From positions 22,816,001 to 22,880,000 of the forward strand of contig CM060734.1 in assembly GCA_030704615.1 (NCBI GenBank): a DNA stretch of 64,000 nt. Direction: 5' to 3'. The translations under genes and the position numbers were made by a program. The stretch is from Takakia lepidozioides (Eukaryota; Plantae; Bryophyta). Each line of letters opens with the position of its first letter. The first letter of the stretch is position 1. Below, piece by piece: positions 60,501-64,000 of the stretch. The notes under the pieces were generated by a model. It made no database searches. It saw only the letters and a program-made list of their open reading frames with translations, and was not told the DNA's origin.

Positions 60501-61637
60501 ACTGGAAAAATGGCGCCGAAATTCCGATTTTGGGTGCCAATCAGATCTGGGACTTGGCCGTTTTCGGCCCCGAACTGGAAAAATGGCGTTTTTTTTTTTT
60601 TTTGTTTTTTCTTCGGCGCCATTTTTCCATCTCGGGGCCGAAAATGGCTAAGTCCGAGATCTGACTGGGCCCAGAACTGGAAAAATGGCGCCGAATTTCC
60701 GATTTTGGGTGCAAGTCAGATCTGGGACTTAGCCGTTTTCGGCACTGAACAAAAATGGTTTTTTTTTTTTTTTTTTTGGCGCCATTTTTCCATTTTGGGG
60801 CCGAAAATGGCTAAGTCCCAGATCTGACTGGGCCCGGAACTGGAAAAATGGCGCCGAATTTCCGATTTTGGTGCCAGCCACCCTAGGGACTTAGCCATTT
60901 TCGGACCCGAACTGGAAAAATGGCGCCATTTTTCCAGTTCGGGGCCGAAAATGGCTGAGTCCCAGATCTGAAAGGGCGCGGAACTGGAAAAATGGTGCCA
61001 AATTTTCAGTTGCAGTTCCAGCCATCGTAGGGACTTAGCCATTTTCGGGGCCGAAAATGGCTAAGTCCCAGATCTGACTGGGCCCCGAACTGGAAAAATG
61101 GCCTTTTTTTTAATTATTTTTTATTTTATTTTATTTTATTGCGGCGCCATTTTTCTTGTTCGGGGCCGAAAAATGGCTAAGTCCCAAATCTGACTGGGCC
61201 CAGAATTGGAAAAATGGCGCCGAAATTCCGATTTTGGGTGCCAATCAGATCTGGGACTTAGCCGTTTTCGGCCCCGAACTGGAAAAATGACGTTTTTTTT
61301 TTTTTTTTTTTTTCGGTGCCATTTTTTCTATTTCGGGGCCGAAAATGGCTAAGTCCCGGATCTGACTGGGCCCAGAACTGGACAAATGGCGCCGAATTTC
61401 CGATTTTGGGTGCCAGTCAGATCTGGGACTTAACCGTTTTCGGCCCCGAACTGGAAAAATGGCGTTTTTTTTTTTTTTTTTTTTTTTTTTTCTTCGGCGC
61501 CATTTTTCCATCTCGGGGCCGAAAATGGCTAAGTCCGAGATCTGACTGGGCCCAGAACTGGAAAAATGGCGCCGAATTTCCGATTTTGGGTGCAAGTCAG
61601 ATCTGGGACTTAGCCGTTTTCGGCACCGAACAAAAAT

Positions 61638-61679
<42 letters not shown>

Positions 61680-62150
61680 GCGCCATTTTTCCATTTTGGG
61701 GCCGAAAATGGCTAAGTCCCAAAATCTGACTGGGCCCAGAACTGGAAAAATGGCGCCGAATTTCCGGTTTTGGGTGCCAGTCAGATCTAGGCCTTAGCCA
61801 TTTTCGGCCCTGAACAGGACAAATGGCATTTATTTATTTATTTTTATAAATATATATTTATTTATTATTTTTTTTCTGGCGCCATTTTTCCATTTCGGGC
61901 CCGAAAATGGCTAAGTCCCAGATCTGACTAGGCCCAAAACTGGAAAAATGGAGCCGAATTTCCGATTTTGGGTGCCAGTCACATCTGGGACTTAGCCGTT
62001 TTCGGCCCCGAACTAGAAAAATGGCGTTTTTTTATTTGCTTTTTTGTTTTTTTTTTTCCGGCGCCATTTTTCCAATTCGGGGGCCGAAAATGGCTAAGTC
62101 CCAGATCTGACTGGTACCAAAATCGGAAATTCGGCGCCATTTTTCCAGTC
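57507..62150. repeat. Palindromic satellite family 1: ~150-165-bp foldback monomers in ~705-915-bp higher-order units
   Basis: AAAATGGCTAAGTCCCAGATCTGACTGG alternates with its reverse complement, with poly-T spacers. The AT-rich landmark TTATTTTTTATTTTATTTTATTTTATT recurs at about 58030, 58780, 59490, 60410 and 61115. Confidence 0.95.
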
Positions 62151-62960
62151 ATGCAAGTAATTCGAAGAGCGGATGGATGGAAATCCGGCGCCGGATTTCC
62201 ATCCGCCAGGTAAGTCGGCGCGCAAAATTTTCCGTCATGCAGGTAATTCGAAGAGCGGATGGATGAAAATCCGGCGACGGATTTCCATCGATCCGCTCTT
62301 CGAATTACCTGCATGACTGGAAAAATGGCGCCGAATTTCCGATTTTGGGTGCCAGTCAGATCTGGGACTTAGCCGTTTTCGGCCCCAAACTGGAAAAATG
62401 GCGTTTTTTTGTTTTTTTTGTTTTTTTTTTCCCGGCGCCATTTTCTATTTCGGGGCCGAGAATGGCTAAGTCCCAGATCTGACTGGCACCAAAATCGGAA
62501 ATTCGGCGCCATTTTTCCAGTCATGCAGGTAATTCGAAGAGCGGATGGATGGAAATCCGGCGCCGGATTTCCATCCGCCAGGTAAGTTGGCGCGCAAAAA
62601 TTTTCGTCATGCAGGTAATTCGAAGAGCGGATGGATGAAAATCCGGCGCCGGATTTCCATCCGCCAGGTAAATCGGCGCGCAAAATTTCCGTCATGCAGG
62701 TAATTCGAAGAGCGGATGGATGGAAATCCGGCGCCGGATTTCCATCCGCAAGGTTGGTCGGAGAGCGGATGGATGGAGATCCGGCGCCGAATTTCCATCC
62801 TGCAGGTAACTCGAATCCCGGATGGATGGAAATCCGGCGCCGAATTTCCATCCAGCAGGTAAGTCGGATCGCTGGCGTATGGATATTCGGCGCCGAATTT
62901 CCATTCGCCAGGAATTTCGAAGCGCTGAATTACCTTCCTGCAGGTAATTCTGAGCGTGTC
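62150..62960. repeat. Satellite family 2: ~85-bp units with a 30-bp perfect palindrome
   Basis: TCATGCAGGTAATTCGAAGAGCGGATGGATGGAAATCCGGCGCCGGATTTCCATCC is repeated, interleaved with one family-1 monomer. Confidence 0.9.
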
Positions 62961-63019
62961 CGATTGATTTTTCGGATTTTTCTTGGAATCCTTCACTGCT
63001 AGAGGCAAATCGGAACAGC

Positions 63020-64000
63020 CTCGGATGGAAATTCGGCGCCGTTTTTCCATTCTGGGAGGTTTCTGCGACTTCCTTTGAGGGGGCCCCGATGGAAATTCGG
63101 CGCCGAATTTCCATCTGGGGGATGGTCTCTGTCGGAGAGGTGCCGGCCTCTCCGCCGCTCTGTTGGATATTCGGTGCCGAGTTTCCGTCCAGGGGTTGAA
63201 ATATGACGGCCAGGTGCTGGCCTCTCCCCCCTCCCCGACTGCATTGGAACGGCCCCGGATGGAAATTCGGCGCCGTTTTTCCATCTGGGGAGGTTTTTAC
63301 GACTTCCTTTGAGGGGGCCCCGATGGAAATTCGGCGCCGAATCTCCATCCGGGGGATGGTCTCTGTCGGAGAGGTGCCGGCCTCTCCGCCGCTCTGTTGG
63401 ATATTCGGTGCCGAATTTCCATCCGGGGGTTGAAATATGACGGCCAGGTGCCGGCCTCTCCCCCTCCCCGACTGCATTGGAACGGCCCCGGATTGAAATT
63501 CGGCGCCGTTTTTCCATCTGGGGAGGTTTTTATGTCGACCAGTTTTCGGTCTGACCCCCCGACACGACTTCCTTTGGGGGGGCCCGGATGGAAATTCGGT
63601 GCCGAATCTCAATCCAGGGGATGCTCTCTGTCGAACACGTGCCGGCCTCTACGCCCGAGGCGACTTCATCCGAGCGTCCCCTGTTGGATATTCGGTGCAG
63701 AATTTCCGTCCGGGGGTTGAAATGTGGCGGCCAGGTGTCGGCCTCTCCCCCTTCCCCGACTGCATCCGAACCGCCGCGGATGGAAATTCGGCGCCGTTTT
63801 TCCATCTGGGGATGTTTTTATGCCGGCCAGTTTTCGGCCTGACCCCCCGACACGACTTCCTTTGGGGGGGCCCGGATGGAAATTCGGCGCCGAATCTCCA
63901 TCCAGGGGATGTTCTCTGTCGCACACGCGCCGGCCTCTGCACCCGAGGCGACTTCATCCGGGCTTCCCCTGTTGTATATTCGGTGCCGAATTTCCGTCCG
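63020..64000. repeat. Satellite family 3: GC-rich ~235-290-bp units running off the window end
   Basis: GGAT(G/T)GAAATTCGGCGCCGTTTTTCCAT recurs at about 63023, 63257, 63490 and 63778. Confidence 0.9.

Noticed and set aside
57507-62960. CRISPR-like array of palindromic repeats
   Set aside because: The intervening sequences are themselves repeated rather than unique spacers, there are no cas genes, and the context is eukaryotic.
57507-64000. Dozens of ORFs up to 306 aa in the terminal array
   Set aside because: They are translations of stop-poor palindromic repeats on both strands, with no protein-like composition.
57336-64000. Call as rDNA
   Set aside because: No 18S, 5.8S, 26S or 5S sequence is recognisable in the window; kept only as a hypothesis.

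Overview
Repeat-rich nuclear DNA from a non-seed land plant; the style looks bryophyte-like, but the species cannot be determined from sequence alone. There are two apparently intact intron-containing host genes: a LisH-CTLH-CRA (GID8-like) gene at 21728-25423 and a plastid GrpE gene at 27039-29496. They sit among nested transposons. (1) A full-length 13.36-kb non-chromovirus Ty3/gypsy element (34376-47734, ATTCA TSD) has extra ORFs 5' of gag and 3' of pol. (2) An internally deleted second copy of that family lies at 55711-57335. (3) A truncated chromovirus has a duplicated RT core. (4) An APE+RT LINE of probable Dualen/RandI type carries a 2A/StopGo-like peptide (LLLLRCGDIHPNPG|P) upstream of its endonuclease. 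(5) MULE/SWIM-type transposase remnants lie near shared ~600-700-bp terminal-like arms, with an intronless atypical kinase ORF and a coiled-coil/RING ORF as possible cargo. (6) Tiny hairpin MITEs are flanked by 4-bp direct repeats. (7) A scrambled PPR cluster is present. The last 6.5 kb is a complex palindromic higher-order repeat in which three unit families share one GGCGCC-centred core. The best candidates for new biology are the plant LINE 2A-like motif, the conserved large extra ORF of the gypsy element, and the cargo-carrying MULE-like elements. Family assignments come from motif recall, not database searches.
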